From: Azolla caroliniana
Taxonomy: Eukaryota; Plantae; Polypodiophyta
Reading direction: 5' to 3'
Assembly: GCA_043228905.1 (NCBI GenBank)
Contig: JBHGNT010000013.1
Span: forward strand, 8,618,001 to 8,682,000
DNA length: 64,000 nt
In this document: piece by piece, positions 1-12,668 of the stretch
Position numbering within the stretch: the stretch's first letter is position 1
Layout: every line of letters begins with the position of its first letter
The notes under the pieces: model-generated
Told to the model about the DNA's origin: nothing
The model's database searches: none
Seen by the model: the letters and a program-made list of their open reading frames with translations, nothing else
Translations under genes and position numbers: made by a program

Positions 1-262
1 CGGTGTCTACGACAGCAGCCTTCCGACGTGATGATCCCTATGAGGGTAGCTAAGCCTCATATTTATACCTTTTCCTAGGCTCCTTGAATAGATGTGCCTT
101 TCTAAAAGGCTCTCTATTCATTGGTTGTCTAAATCATGATAGTGCATGCACATATCATTCATTCTATCCAATCATTAGTCCCCTTTTTAATAATAGTGAA
201 CATACCCTTCACTAATGTAAATATTAGTGACCTACCCTCACCAACGTTATGTGTACATAACA
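1..262 (-). repeat. 3' LTR (partial) of chromovirus A, with PPT at 263-275
   Basis: Ends ...CATAACA at 262; the adjacent minus strand reads AGTAGGGGAATA. Confidence 0.95.
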
Positions 263-269
263 TATTCCC

Positions 270-3200
270 CTACTTCAAAAGATTGCACTCTTGCAATATA
301 AAGTGAGGAAATTGTGCCTTAAGCGAATGCTCGCGTTCCCATGTGGCATCATCAATAGGTTTATCCATCCATTTGATCTTGAATAGCCGAATCTCTTTAG
401 AACGTAAACGTTTAGTACGAGAATCAAGAATTCGTTCAGGAACATGAGGTTTGTAAGAAAAATCCTCTAATGTTACAAGATCTTGGATTGTGATGGTGTT
501 ATCACCAGAGCCTAAAAATGGTTTTAGACGACTGACGTGAAAAACAGGATGAATACCAAGGTTACGAGGTAAGGCAAGGTGATAAGCAGATGACCCAACT
601 CGCTTAAGGATTTCAAATGGGCCACAATATCGTGGGGCTAACTTAGCGCACTTGCCCGTAGATAATGACGTAGAATCAGTCGGGACACGCAAAAAAACTT
701 TTTGACCAATAGTAAATGCACGAGGATGTCTATCCTGATCAGCATAAAATCGAGCACGATCTTGAGCTGTCTTGACATTTTCTTTGGCAATATGCAACAT
801 TTGGTTCATGTCTTGCAAAAAATTGCGTGTACTGTCTAATGTATCACGATGAATCGTGACATCAACTGGGGCACGTGGCTGAAAACCATACATCAACATA
901 AAAGGACTATATCCAGTGGATGTATGTTTAGAGCTATTATAGGCAAATTCTAAGATAGGAAGGTATTGCTCCCACTTAGAAGGGGTTTTTGCTACATAAG
1001 CTCGAAGCATGTCCTCAATAATTTGATTAACTCGTTCAGTTTGTCCATCAGACTGAGGATGATCTGTGGAACTCATGCTCAACGTAGTTTCTAGTTTCTT
1101 AAAGACCTGAGTCCAAAAGTCACTAGTAAACTTGGAATCTCGATCACTAACAATATCCATCGATAATCCATAAAAACGAAACAACTCATCAACAAATTGA
1201 TAAGCCAACTGTTGAGCGGTTACCGTGGTTTTTGTAGGAATAAATCTAGCTAATTTTGTTAGCCTGTCAACGACAACCCATATGGCATCATGACCCCTCT
1301 GTGTACGAGGTAAACTAACAATAAAATCCATCGAGATACTTTCCCATTTATTGTTGGGAATATCTAAGGGATGTAAAAGACCGGCAGCTTTAAGTCGTTC
1401 CGACTTATTAATCTGACATTGTAAGCATTGAGTTACGTATTTATGCACGTCAGAGCGCATCTTAGGCCAGAAAAAAGTACACGAGATGAGAACGAGTGTG
1501 CATTGTATTCCAGGATGACCAGCAGATGGTGCATCATGACATTCATGAAAAATTTTCTGTTTAACATTTGGTAAATCTGGAACACAGACCTTTCCACTAC
1601 GGTAGAGCAAACCGTTTGTAATGTGAAAGGTCGCCTTCGAGGGTAGGGTGCTAGTATCGGCATTTAAACCAGATTCGGCTTTCATCCAGTATTTTGAGAA
1701 ATAACTGTCATCAAGGTATTTCCCTCGAAGGTGATCTAAAAGATCAGATTTTATTTCCGTGAAGCTAAGCATGTTAACTTCTTTAATGCGACTAAGAGCA
1801 TCAGCAACGGTGTTCATAGAACCCTTGCGATATCGTATGGAAAAATCAAAATCTTGCATAAGGTCAGCCCAACGGCCTTTACGACCAACAAGATCGGGCT
1901 GGTCACAAAAATACTTTAATGATTGATGGTCTGTTGTAACCACAAATTTATTTCCATAGAGATAGTGCCTCCATGTTTTAAGTGCGTGTATCACCGCAAA
2001 CAACTCTTTCTCTTGAACCGAATACCGAGATTGAGCAACATCAAGCTTCTTACTTTCAAAAGCAATAGGGTGACCACCTTGATAAAGAACGGCACCAATA
2101 GCATAATCACTAGCATCGGTTTCAATTGAGAAAGGCTTAGAAGGGTCTGGTAATAGAAGAGTGGGAGCCTGACACACATGCTCCTTGAGTGTCTCAAATG
2201 ATTTGTCAAGTTGTTCATTCCATGAAATTGGTTTGACAGACTTACGTGGATGACCTTTTAAAAGGTTAGTTAATGGCGTAGTCAATTTGGAATAGTTACG
2301 AATTGATTTTCGTAAAAATCCAACAAACCCTAAGAATGATCTAAGTTCACGAATATTACGAGGAATGGGCCAAAGTTTAACCTTTTCAATACGAGAAGGT
2401 TCAATTTCAACGCCATTTTCTGTAATTAAATGACCTAGGTACACAATAGATTTTTGGAAGAAGTCACATTTTGAATGTTTTGCATAGAAAGAGTTGTCAC
2501 GCAACTTTCGCAAAACAAATCGAACATGTTGAACATGATCTTGCAAGGTACGGCTATATATCAAAATATCATCCAAGAAGACGACAACAAAATCACCGAG
2601 TTGATCTCGGAAAACATCATTCATCGCTTGTTGGAATGTGGCTGGAGCATTAGTCAACCCAAATGGCATGACTAAAAACTCATAATGGCCATAGCGCGTA
2701 CGAAAAGCGGTTTTAGGAATATCATCCTCGGCGATGCGAATCTGATGATAACCAGTTCGTAAGTCAATTTTCGTAAAATATCGAGCCCCGTGCAAACGAT
2801 CAATCAAATCATCGGCACGAGGTAATGGATATGCATTCTTAATTGTCATTTTATTCAAACGGTGATAATTGATACAGATTCGCCACGAACCGTCCTTCTT
2901 CTTGACTAATAGAACTGGCGCACCCCAAGGTGATTTACTATACCTAATGTGGCCCATACTCAAGTATTCCTTAAGTTGTTTAGCGATCTCATCCTCTTCT
3001 AATCGACTAAGTCGGTAAGGTGGAATGCTCACAGGAGCAGCCCCAGGGATGAGTTCAATTTGATGGTCCACATTACGTTTAGGTGGTAAAGTAAGCGGTA
3101 ATTCAGTAGGAAACACATCTTGAAAATCCTCTAAAATAGAGTCGAGTAATCGTTGCTCAAAATGTGGTAATTGTGTGGCGTCAATATTAAAATAATAAGA

Positions 3201-4673
3201 TTGAACCGCAGGATCAATTACACACGAATAAATTAATGAACTAGAATACTCACTTAAAGATTTAGAAGACACAAGTGAATGAGAAGGAAGTTTGGAACAT
3301 TGAATAAAATGTTTACAATTATTAAGTTCAAATGTGATTGAGTGATTAACCCAATCAATGGACAAAGAAGGGTTTTTATTAAAAAACCAAGGATATCCTA
3401 AAATGACATCTGCGGATTGTAATTTCATAACATGAAAGTCAAGCTTCTCCAAATAAGTATCTATTTGAATTGGCAGTTGAGAAACAATGCCACTGATGTG
3501 TTGAACATTTCCATTTGCCATGTGAACTTGATAGATATGATCACTTGCGTTTATGTGGAGCTCCATTTGTTGCACAAAGTGATCATTAAGAAAATTGTGA
3601 GAACTACCGGAATCAAACAAGAAATGTGCTTGTGTTCCATTGATATATTCGACTGCTCGGAGTAAATCATTAGGTCCAAGTAAATGTGAAGGAAAAGTGC
3701 ATTCACATAAACTTAAGTGATTGGTATGAACTTCAACAATATCAAAAGACTCACCTGTGTGACTCGTAGATTTGTCTTGAGGAGGGGTGTTCATTGACTT
3801 CCTCTCAAGACGACGACAGGTATCCTTTGTGTGGCCCCGCTTCTTGCAATATGCACAGAAGAGGTTCGGTTTCTTTGAGTCGCGGTCAAGAGTGTCACTG
3901 GATTGCTTACGTTTCCCAATGAACTTGACATTCGGAGTTTTGGCGAACTCAGGTTTATTGTGGTCTTTCTTGGAAGTCCTATGGTATCGCAGCACAATGT
4001 TGACGGCTTCCTCGAAAGTTGTGGGGTCCTTGTCATGGACAATCCAATGATAATCCCCATTGGGAATACCATTCAAAAAACAAGCGACAAACCATTTCTC
4101 ACCCGTAAGTCCCGATTTTTGGATCTGGGTCCGAGCGTGATGCACATAATCCTCGAGAGAGGTAAATGGCTTACTAGACAATGTGAGCAAGTGTTGCGCT
4201 TGTTCGGTTTGAGAAGGTGGCTGCAAGAATTGTTTCTTAAAAACATCAACGAAACCTTCCCAAGTTGTGGGTAAGTTTTTTGCGGTCCTTAGGCCACGCC
4301 ACCAAGCAGCAGCTCGGCCACCTAACTCACGACCGACATAACCAATTTTTACTGCATCGGGCTTGGGATGAAGCTCAAAGTGAGACTCCCAACGACCAAG
4401 CCAAGTGCTAATGGCCTCCTCGGTTCTTTCTTTCTTATCTCCCTTGAAAGGCGTGACTACGAAGGAAGGTTCACCTTCTTTCTTGGACTCAATAGTTAAT
4501 TCTTGGAATTTCTTTTCCAATGCCATATTGGCCTGTCTCATTTCGGCCAATTGATTCAAGGTAGTAGTGAGCAATTGCTCAATAGTGATCTCAGCTTGTG
4601 TGCGAGATGCGGATTGGGGTTGAGAGGTCTCATTTGGAGAGATCGTTTCAACTGCGTTCAAAACTTGTTCCAT
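270..4673 (-). CDS. Intact Gag-Pol polyprotein: capsid, CCHC knuckle, protease, RT, RNase H, integrase, chromodomain
   Basis: [14 protein letters not shown]; [10 protein letters not shown]; YPLPRADDL and FLDDILIYS; [10 protein letters not shown]; HHCC plus SMDF...SDRD...DGQTE; C-terminal PERILDSR...IKW...ATWE. Confidence 0.97.
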   Translation of the reverse strand: MEQVLNAVETISPNETSQPQSASRTQAEITIEQLLTTTLNQLAEMRQANMALEKKFQELTIESKKEGEPSFVVTPFKGDKKERTEEAISTWLGRWESHFELHPKPDAVKIGYVGRELGGRAAAWWRGLRTAKNLPTTWEGFVDVFKKQFLQPPSQTEQAQHLLTLSSKPFTSLEDYVHHARTQIQKSGLTGEKWFVACFLNGIPNGDYHWIVHDKDPTTFEEAVNIVLRYHRTSKKDHNKPEFAKTPNVKFIGKRKQSSDTLDRDSKKPNLFCAYCKKRGHTKDTCRRLERKSMNTPPQDKSTSHTGESFDIVEVHTNHLSLCECTFPSHLLGPNDLLRAVEYINGTQAHFLFDSGSSHNFLNDHFVQQMELHINASDHIYQVHMANGNVQHISGIVSQLPIQIDTYLEKLDFHVMKLQSADVILGYPWFFNKNPSLSIDWVNHSITFELNNCKHFIQCSKLPSHSLVSSKSLSEYSSSLIYSCVIDPAVQSYYFNIDATQLPHFEQRLLDSILEDFQDVFPTELPLTLPPKRNVDHQIELIPGAAPVSIPPYRLSRLEEDEIAKQLKEYLSMGHIRYSKSPWGAPVLLVKKKDGSWRICINYHRLNKMTIKNAYPLPRADDLIDRLHGARYFTKIDLRTGYHQIRIAEDDIPKTAFRTRYGHYEFLVMPFGLTNAPATFQQAMNDVFRDQLGDFVVVFLDDILIYSRTLQDHVQHVRFVLRKLRDNSFYAKHSKCDFFQKSIVYLGHLITENGVEIEPSRIEKVKLWPIPRNIRELRSFLGFVGFLRKSIRNYSKLTTPLTNLLKGHPRKSVKPISWNEQLDKSFETLKEHVCQAPTLLLPDPSKPFSIETDASDYAIGAVLYQGGHPIAFESKKLDVAQSRYSVQEKELFAVIHALKTWRHYLYGNKFVVTTDHQSLKYFCDQPDLVGRKGRWADLMQDFDFSIRYRKGSMNTVADALSRIKEVNMLSFTEIKSDLLDHLRGKYLDDSYFSKYWMKAESGLNADTSTLPSKATFHITNGLLYRSGKVCVPDLPNVKQKIFHECHDAPSAGHPGIQCTLVLISCTFFWPKMRSDVHKYVTQCLQCQINKSERLKAAGLLHPLDIPNNKWESISMDFIVSLPRTQRGHDAIWVVVDRLTKLARFIPTKTTVTAQQLAYQFVDELFRFYGLSMDIVSDRDSKFTSDFWTQVFKKLETTLSMSSTDHPQSDGQTERVNQIIEDMLRAYVAKTPSKWEQYLPILEFAYNSSKHTSTGYSPFMLMYGFQPRAPVDVTIHRDTLDSTRNFLQDMNQMLHIAKENVKTAQDRARFYADQDRHPRAFTIGQKVFLRVPTDSTSLSTGKCAKLAPRYCGPFEILKRVGSSAYHLALPRNLGIHPVFHVSRLKPFLGSGDNTITIQDLVTLEDFSYKPHVPERILDSRTKRLRSKEIRLFKIKWMDKPIDDATWEREHSLKAQFPHFILQECNLLK

Positions 4674-5672
4674 GATGCACGCTGTGGGTATGCAATAAAA
4701 TAAGGAGGTTCAGAAAATACACAAGCAAAATGAATGCTTGAAATTTTGATTGAAAGAACTTTATCCAAGAAAGTATCTCATGTCTTTACCCCTCTAGACA
4801 TATGAGATGTGATTCGAGATCCGATAACTATGGTAACACTATGGTGTTTTAAAAACCATGGGGGAAAACATAGCTAAGATGTATTTCTCGGATCTCTATC
4901 TTGAGTAATCATGGCGGCTCCCCGAGGCTCAACCATGGTTCTTACATCAATGAAATTTCCTAGATAGCCTTATATTAATGCCAACCCATCATGTATTATA
5001 TGGTCGAGAAAGTGTATTACGTGAAAAAACAAGTGCACTCACAAGTAATATTCTAGTCTTGCGAGCAATAAGCAAACGTGATGATAAAATGATAAAATAA
5101 GGCACTACTCATAAGAGTTAAGTAGTGTCGAAAACAAGGGTAAAAAAAAAAAAAAAAAGAACCCATGTGTTACCTACGAAAAAAACAATGTCACAAATAA
5201 ATGGGAAGTGCAAGGTATGCACATATACATCCCAATATGATTGTTATAACTTGCACAATTGTGACATAAGCCACAAATTGATACAAGTGATGACGGTGTT
5301 GTGCGCAAAGATGTAATACTCAAATCCACGAGTAAAACATCAATAAGGGAACTCATATGGTTTTACTCGTTTTCTAAGGCTTGATGATAAGAGTTAAACC
5401 TAGATGACCCGTTGAAAAAAAATCGTTCAACAAGCCACTCCATACGAAAAAATAGTCTACACGTAAAGGTTACATTAAAAATAAACGATGTAAATACTTT
5501 ATACATGAAAAGGAAGTGGAAAAAGGAGAGTTAATTGTGAGCGGGTAAATAATAATTACTAGAAAATCATATAAGTGAAACAATACTTATGAAATTAAAA
5601 TTTAATTAGAATAATCAACAATTAGGTGTATGGAATCAAACATGCCCTAAGATACGAAACCCTAGGGTAGTT

Positions 5673-6005
5673 GACATGCACCTCCTCAAGACCACCACCT
5701 ATCCCTAGAATCAGCCAAGTAATGGCTAATTAAAGAGGAAAGTGGCATAGGTAAGTGACATATACCTCGTCAAGGCCACATCATCCCTTAGAATCGGCCA
5801 ATTGATGGCTAATTAAAAAGGAAAGTGGCATATGTAAGGTACATATACCTCGTCAAGGCCACATCATCCCATAGAATCGGCCAATTGATGGCTTAATAGA
5901 GAGTAGAGTGGCATAGGTAGGCAACATACACCTCGTCAAGGCCACATCATCCCTTAGAATCGGCCAAGTGATGGCTCAATAGAGGGGAAGAGTGGTATAC
6001 TCAAC
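5673..6005. repeat. Tandem repeat, 4 x ~83 bp, in the 5' leader of chromovirus A
   Basis: Units start near 5673, 5757, 5840 and 5923 with core ACCTCGTCAAGGCCACATCATCCC-TAGAATCGGCCAA. Confidence 0.9.
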
Positions 6006-6008
6006 ATC

Positions 6009-6189
6009 ATATGCAAAACGGCCATGAGATAAGCGTGTGCGATTAGAGCAAACACGCTCGACCCAATGCACAAGAATAATTATTATCGTAAGAGTTCAAG
6101 AGAGGAGAGAGTGGGATATATATCGCAATATGCAAAAGGCCATGAGTTGAGCGTGTGCGATTAGTGTAAACACGCTCGGCCCGATGCAT
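6009..6189. repeat. Two-copy direct repeat (period ~119 bp) with a hairpin
   Basis: ATATGCAAAA.GGCCATGAG..AGCGTGTGCGATTAG...AAACACGCTCG at 6009 and 6128. Confidence 0.85.
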
Positions 6190-6420
6190 AATAATAAGTA
6201 AAATCGTAGCGTAGTAGGAGGTAGAAAGAAAGAGAATAAAACGTAATACCAATTTGATTCGACCATAAAGAACGCATAATAGAAAAAGAGAAGAGATCAA
6301 AAAAGAAGAATACCGGGTTTAGAGTGTTGTTTTGATCCTGAGAAGAGCATGACGAGCCTTGTTAGATCCCCCTCGCTCACACGCAAAAAACATCAAAACA
6401 ACAAAAAAATTGTTAGTAAA

Positions 6421-6433
6421 AGCTCCGATACCA
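6421..6433 (-). promoter_or_regulatory. Primer binding site, tRNA-iMet
   Basis: Minus strand TGGTATCGGAGCT, 1 nt from the LTR end. Confidence 0.93.
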
Positions 6434-6434
6434 C

Positions 6435-6908
6435 TGTTAAGAGTCTATTACTAATCAATAGACCAAATCAAGTAAAAAGGAAGAAAATAGATTGGATAAA
6501 AGAACCCGTTCCACCCGACCACCCCCGAGCTATGATCTAGACATAGCCAATCTACCACCGACGTCCCATACCGCCGGATATTAGGATGACTAATACCTTG
6601 GAAGAGATAAACACGATCGTCGAGACGAAAGCCTAGCCCGCACCACCGGTGTCTACGACAGCAGCCTTCCGACGTGATGATCCCTATGAGGGTAGCTAAG
6701 CCTCATATTTATACCTTTTCCTAGGCCCCTTGAATAGATGTGCCTTTCTAAAAGGCTCTCTATTCATTGGTTGTCTAAATCATGATAGTGCATGCACATA
6801 TCATTCATTCTATCCAATCATTAGTCCCCTTTTTAATAATAGTGAACATACCCTTCACTAATGTAAATATTAGTGACCTACCCTCACCAACGTTATGTGT
6901 ACATAACA
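6435..6908 (-). repeat. 5' LTR of chromovirus A (474 bp)
   Basis: TG...CA termini, adjacent PBS, match to 1-262. Confidence 0.95.
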
Positions 6909-9753
6909 CGTGGCCAGTTCCCGACTTGGCCCTGCACGCCCGTACTAGCGCTTTGACTACCGGCCCGTGTCCGCGCTCCACCTTCCCGTTAGACTCCGGA
7001 TTGTACGCTGTGGTGAGCGAGAGTTTGACCCCTAGCCGGTCAAACAACTCTTCGGCCTCTTGCGCGTCCAACTCTCCACGGTCAGCCACGATCTTCCCTA
7101 CGCTCCTGTAACGACATATCACGTCCTCGATCAGGAACCGGCACACAGCCGTGGTCGTTTTGTTTTGCAGTGCTCGGCCTTCAACCTGGTTTATTAGATC
7201 CTTCCGAGCCAGCACCAGATACCGCATCTGTCCTACCCCCATCAGCATTGTCACTAAATCCACCATCCATTTGAAGTGGACGGTGGGCGGGTAAGTTGGG
7301 TGGAGCTCGTCCCGGTGTCGGACTATGGAGTGCATTTGAGAGCTTTCGCAAGTGGTCATGAAACGATGCACGTCCTGGTACAGTCCCGGCCACCAGTACT
7401 TTCCCTTTAGCTTCTCAAATGTGGCCCATGTCCCGCGGTGTCCGGCCCAGGGACTCTCGTGGTATGCCGACAACAACTCTTCCTGCTCCTCTTTCTTTGC
7501 CACCACTCGATGCGGGATGCCATCCCTTTTCTTCGGGTGCTTCCATATGTACCCGTCTCGTAGGAAGAGTCAGTACGCTTTCTTCCGGATCCTGTTGGTC
7601 TCTTCCTTCGTCCACATCGCGTCCGGTGTCATTGTTCTTAGGAACTCGCCGATCTGGAGCCACTCCCCGTCATACTTGCTCTCATCGAAGTCGTTAAGCG
7701 CCGGAGTGCTTCCCTTTCCGGTTGTTACGTAAGCCGCCTCGAAGAAGTCTACGCCGACTTCCTCGTCCTCCGAAACCATGCCGTCCTCGTTTTCGAACCT
7801 TGCTCTTGAGAGCATGTCGGCCATGGCGTTGTCTTTTCCGGAAATGTGTCGTATCTCCGGATTTGGGGACTTGATGTACGCTATCCACCTGAGCATCGCC
7901 AGGTCCAGCATTGCGCATCCGGAAACCATGCCGAGAATCGGCAGGCAGTCCGTCTCGATTATTACCTCTGTCCCGATAAGGTAGTCTTTATCGGCCTTAA
8001 CCGCCGAAACGATACCCCAGAGTTTGCGTTTAACCTGGGCGTATCCTCATTGTCACTCATTGAGGACCTTCGCGCCGAACCAGATGGGGAACCTCGTGCC
8101 GACGTCATCCTCTTGGTTGATCACCCATCCGATCTCTGTCGGGCTCGTGTCTACGGTTACGTAAATAAGAGTGTCTCTGCCGTAGACAGCCTTTCGGAGC
8201 GCTGGTGCCGTGGCAAGTGCTTCCTTCATCTTTCGGACTGACTCCGTATGCTCGTCTCCCCATTCGAATTTACGCCCTTTCTTCAACAACCCATACAACG
8301 GCTCCACGACGTGGGCATAATGCGGGATCCAGATATGGTAGAACGCGCATGCTCCCAAGAATCTCCGAACCTCCGTAACCGAATTGCAGTCATGCTTCAT
8401 CGCGGAGATGGCTTCCACCTTGGCCGGAGACGGTTTCCTACCGTACGGCTCGCATAGGTGTCCGACGACCATGATCTCTGATTGCCCGAAGGCCGATTTT
8501 TCCCCGGAGAAGGTGAGCCTCGCACCTTCTAGTCTCTGCAGCACCTTCTCGTAGTCATCGATGTGAGTCTCCACGAAATTCCGGCATCCGTCCAGTCCGA
8601 TTGTCTCGTTCCTTTCCTCCACCGGGCATCCCTTGATCGGGATGTCGTCTAAGAATGGCATGGTGATGTCCGGGATACAATCCCTGAGCACTTTGTTCAT
8701 CGCGTTCACCATGTGAGCCACCGAGTTCGTCCCTCCTTGCGGTAGGGTACACATCCGCACTAGACCGAGAGGAGTCCGCATCGTCGTAATGTCTCTGCTC
8801 TCCACGGCTAGTTGAAACTAATTGTACCCCGAGTACAGATCACCGACAGAATAAATCGACCTTCCGGCGAAGGCCTCCGCGAACTCGTCTATGGTCGGTC
8901 CGATTCCTGCATTCCGAATGGTCACCTTGTTGACCGGCTGCAGGTCTTGAATAAAGCGCAGCGTGCCGTTCTTCTTTGGCACCGTAAACCACCGATTCGA
9001 ATACGGGGCACTCGACGGTTCGAGGATGCCCATCTCCACCTTTTGCTTTAGGAGCTCCATCAACTTCGGGATGTGAGCTCTCGGCACCGGAATCGGCTTG
9101 AGATTCCACGGTACATGCGGTACCGTGAAGATCACCATCGGTTCGACAACTGTCGGGTCTACGCACCCGATCTCCTTCGGTGAGAATGCGAAAGCCTTCC
9201 CGTGCCTCTCGAGCATTCTCCGAAACCGGTCCTCCTCCGCCGGTAGTAGAAAGCCGCCCCCACTGACCTTGAGCTCTCGTAGCGTTATGTCGGTAAACCG
9301 GTGCCCTATGCCAGCCGGGTTCCGTAAACTTGGGTTCGACGCGACCCCTTTTATCCGCTCCTGGCTGCCCTCCGGCAAGGGTGCCGTGATTGGCCTCACC
9401 TTCCGGTCCACAGTCTTGTACTTTGTATCCACAGGGGCCATCCGACCCGACGCGATCCTTTCCCCGAAGTCCGCGATGACTTCGTATATTCCCATCGAAC
9501 TAACCGGAACAGTCCGGTCTTCTCTAAGGTCTTCACCGAAGACCTTTTGTAACTCGCCCAAGGTGTCGTCGAAAGAGACCGCCTCCACGGCGCCGTTGAT
9601 TTCTTCATCGGGGGAGAGGACTTCGCATCCCCTGAGCCGCTCCTCCGCCCTCTTCCTTTCCCGGTTGTTGACGCCAATTATAGTACAACCCCCACTGTCG
9701 GAGAACCAAAATTTCCTACCTATGGTACAGGTCTTCTTCCCTACTGTACACTT

Positions 9754-9819
9754 GTGGGGTTTTTCCGAGGTGTCCGGACTATCACGGCCCCACGCCTTGA
9801 TAGCCCTCTCAAAAAATCC
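9754..9819 (-). promoter_or_regulatory. Putative -1 ribosomal frameshift signal (slippery heptamer plus pseudoknot)
   Basis: G_GAT_TTT at 9819-9813, 6-nt spacer, 9-bp stem, loop GTGGGG complementary to downstream CCCCAC; the RT frame is -1 and open from this point. Confidence 0.8.
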
Positions 9820-11953
9820 CCTCGGGTTTCGCCTCCGAGGGTCTTGCGGTTACGCTCATGGTTCGGTCGCAACGTCAAGATCTGGACCGAGTGACGCCCG
9901 TCCTGGCTTTTGACTCTTGCATAGGCTGAACCGTTGTCCAATACCTTGGTCTCCATCCATGCCGCCGTGATGTATGGTTCTCCTAGTATAACCGGATGTG
10001 AGGACGTCTCCTGCACGAACAAGTGCTGGTCGATCTCGACATCGCTAATTTTCACCCGTACGTTCGGGCAGGCTCCATGTAGTTCTTCCATGGCGCGCGT
10101 CGCTGCCCGTATTTTCCAGCCGTGTTTGGTGTTGATCGGCCATTTTCCCCTTTTGTACAAGTCCATGGACATCAAGTTGATTTCTGAACTGTGGTCCACC
10201 AACGCCACCACCGGCTCCTGGACATCCCCGATCTTAACAGGGGTCTCCGTGGTCGCTCTGGCCCAGTGTGGCCTCGAATAGTGGCTCTCCGCCAACTCGT
10301 CTTCTAGCGCCATGTCCTCTATGTGCGTCGTTCGCACTTCCACCGGCTTCTCCGGCTCTGGCTTTGTTGACTGCCTCTTTCTCTTCACCAAGTCTACGAT
10401 TGAGTCGTGGAACTCCTTCTTGGCGATCCCGAGGACCTCCCTCAGCGACAACTCCACTTTGCTATCGAGGATACGTTCCTCTAGGACCTTTCGCAGGTCC
10501 GTGGTCTTTTCGATTTCCGTGCTCAACCGGTACCCGACCTTGGCTTTATCCGGTGCGCCGGTCGCGCCGGCCTCACTCTGCCATTGACCGGATTGAGTTT
10601 CGTACCGTGGCGAGGGCCCGACCCCTCCGGTTTTACCTACTCGCTTGTCTTCCACCAGAGCCTCGTAGTTCTAGCATGCGGCTTCAACTAAGTCCGTCTT
10701 CTCTTCGACCGGGTCACTCCACCCGGTTACCTCCCGGACCCGTTTTTCCGCGCGGTCCGCTTCTTCTTTCCTTAACCGTGCGCCGGCAAGGCCTTCCAGC
10801 ATCAGCGGCCAGAATCCGGCTTCGTCCGTCTTCCGGGCCTCACCACCTCCGACCCGGATCCCTGCCGACGCCGAGTAGTGGACGGTCTCCGCGTGGCGAG
10901 CCGCCGCTTCTTCCATCAGCCGTTTCATACCCCCTCGTTCGACATTCAGGTCCAGGGCCCTTTGGGTCTCACTAGCGTGCACCCGACCGTTCCATAGGTA
11001 CACCACATTGGCTCTCATTGCCTTGGCGAAGTCCCCACAGTCCCTCCGGACGTGGCCGACCGTGTCGCACCACAAACACCGATTTCCAGCCAGAGGCCTT
11101 CGGTCACGGGCCTGTTCGCCGCCGTCCCTTCGTGCCTGTGCAATTTGGAGGTCCTTTACCATCCTAGTCAGCTCCTCTAGAGCTGCTGCTCCGCTAGAGC
11201 CTCTGACCATGTTGGTCGAAGTCGATCAGGTCTCGAGCCAGTCTCGGGTCTCTTCCCTTCGCACTGGCGGGGTTGGCTCAAGACTCCTTGCTGCTACAGA
11301 GCCCTCCCCTATTGATCCTTTATCGACCCACTCGCGCCGTTTGTCAAAACGGCCACAAACTCTCTTCATGACGGCCCAGTCGGCCGTCAACCCGTCATCA
11401 GTGTCCAGTAGGAGACCGACCTGCTCCCGGTCCCTTGCATCCACCGACTTAACGAACAACAGGACGCGGCTCGTGTCTAGTACAATCCGGTCGAGCGCCG
11501 AAAGACGCACGAAGTGTTCTTCAAACTCCCGGAGAAGCCATGACGTGTTTCTCCCCTTTTCGGGGGTCTCTACCCATTCCATGAAATCCCGTTTCGAGAG
11601 CCGAAGCGCCTCATCAAGCCCCTATTTTTCGAGGAGCCGACCTTCAAACTCTTCCCATGTCCGGCTCTCATCCCGTACCTCGAGCACCTCCGCATGGATG
11701 CCCGGCATTGCCACTCGAGGGAAACCGGTCAGTCGCCTCTCTTCCGGAATTTCTCTCATTACCATCTCGGCCCGGTAGGCCTCCAAATAGCTCGTGGTGT
11801 CCCTCCCACCGAACGCCTATTGTGCCGACGACCGCTTCAATGGCCCTATCGAGGGCGCTTGCGCCTTCGCACGCGCTCACTATCCGATCCACAGCCGAAG
11901 CCATGGTTTCCGCAAGATCCGACCCCTTCATCTTTCTATTCCTCTACCGCCTG

Positions 11954-11971
11954 TTCACGTCGGGTTCACCA
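11954..11971 (-). promoter_or_regulatory. Primer binding site, tRNA-Trp
   Basis: Minus strand TGGTGAACCCGACGTGAA, 18 nt complementary to the plant tRNA-Trp 3' end as I recall it; 4 nt from the LTR. Confidence 0.88.
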
Positions 11972-12668
11972 AATATGTCGCGTTGTCACGTGCGTGCGTG
12001 TAGAACGAGGCGGGACCACCAGGGTCTTGGACCGAGAATTAGCTGAGAAGGAGGGGAACGGGAAGGCAACAGACGCACTTGCATGCACACGGACGCGGGG
12101 CACACAAGAATCACAGTGCATCAACACAGCAAAACGAGACGACTAGAAGTTTGAGTATATGAACACGTATGTATATTAATTTGTATGTGTATATCAAGAC
12201 GGTTACAACTAATAGGCCGGCAAGGCGAACGCCGACGCCTGTTCACTCACACGTAGAAGAGCGAGATGGTGACTCTGCCGGAAGCACACGGGCGTTCCAC
12301 GAAGCAGAGTCAGCCTCCCGAAAACCTGCGCCCAACGAATACAGAGAAAGAAGGAGGAGAAGTGCTCGGTCCCCGTCCGACAACACTTCGTCCTCCACAA
12401 AAAAAACGATCCCCTTTTCATTCATGTCCCTCTCTTTTATAGCCCAAGGAGGGAGGCCGTTATCATTCGTTACATCATATTAATTCTCTGTCCTTTCGGA
12501 CAGAGATACACCTCGATTCTCTCCCTATTGAATGCGTGCTACCTAGGATTTCATCTCAGCCGACTTGTACCTACCTACTTACTATACAACGAAAGTGTGC
12601 TCACGTGTAAGGGCCGGTTTACACACGCTAAATTCGGTTTCCGCCTAGGGACGGTTTTCTTCACGATA

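Larger units (their letters stand above)
1..6908 (-). mobile_element. Young Ty3/gypsy chromovirus LTR retrotransposon (chromovirus A); 3' LTR runs off the left edge
   Basis: 5' LTR 6435-6908 (TGTTA...TAACA); 1-262 matches 6647-6908 with one mismatch; iMet PBS; PPT; intact Gag-Pol. Confidence 0.97.
6909..12668 (-). mobile_element. tRNA-Trp-primed Ty3/gypsy element (Trp-gypsy 1), interrupted in integrase by chromovirus A
   Basis: 5' LTR 11976-12668 (TGTCG...CGATA, mutated CA); gag knuckle CLWCDTVGHVRRDC; protease ALVDHSSEINL; RT LPQGGTNSV and FLDDIPIKG; RNase H VDTSP; integrase KWMVDLV; scattered stops. Confidence 0.92.

Noticed and set aside
4674-6420. Hammerhead ribozyme or retrozyme in the leader repeats
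   Set aside because: No CTGATGA...GAAA core with flanking stems found by eye on either strand.
6782-7111. ORFs crossing insertion junctions (also 12528-12863, 28322-28783, 22167-22535)
   Set aside because: Chance read-through between an LTR and its host element.
9098-11778. Long plus-strand ORFs (271, 235, 256 aa) and similar ones at 30328-31146 and 62214-62933
   Set aside because: Antisense shadows of GC-rich retroelement sequence with no recognisable motifs.
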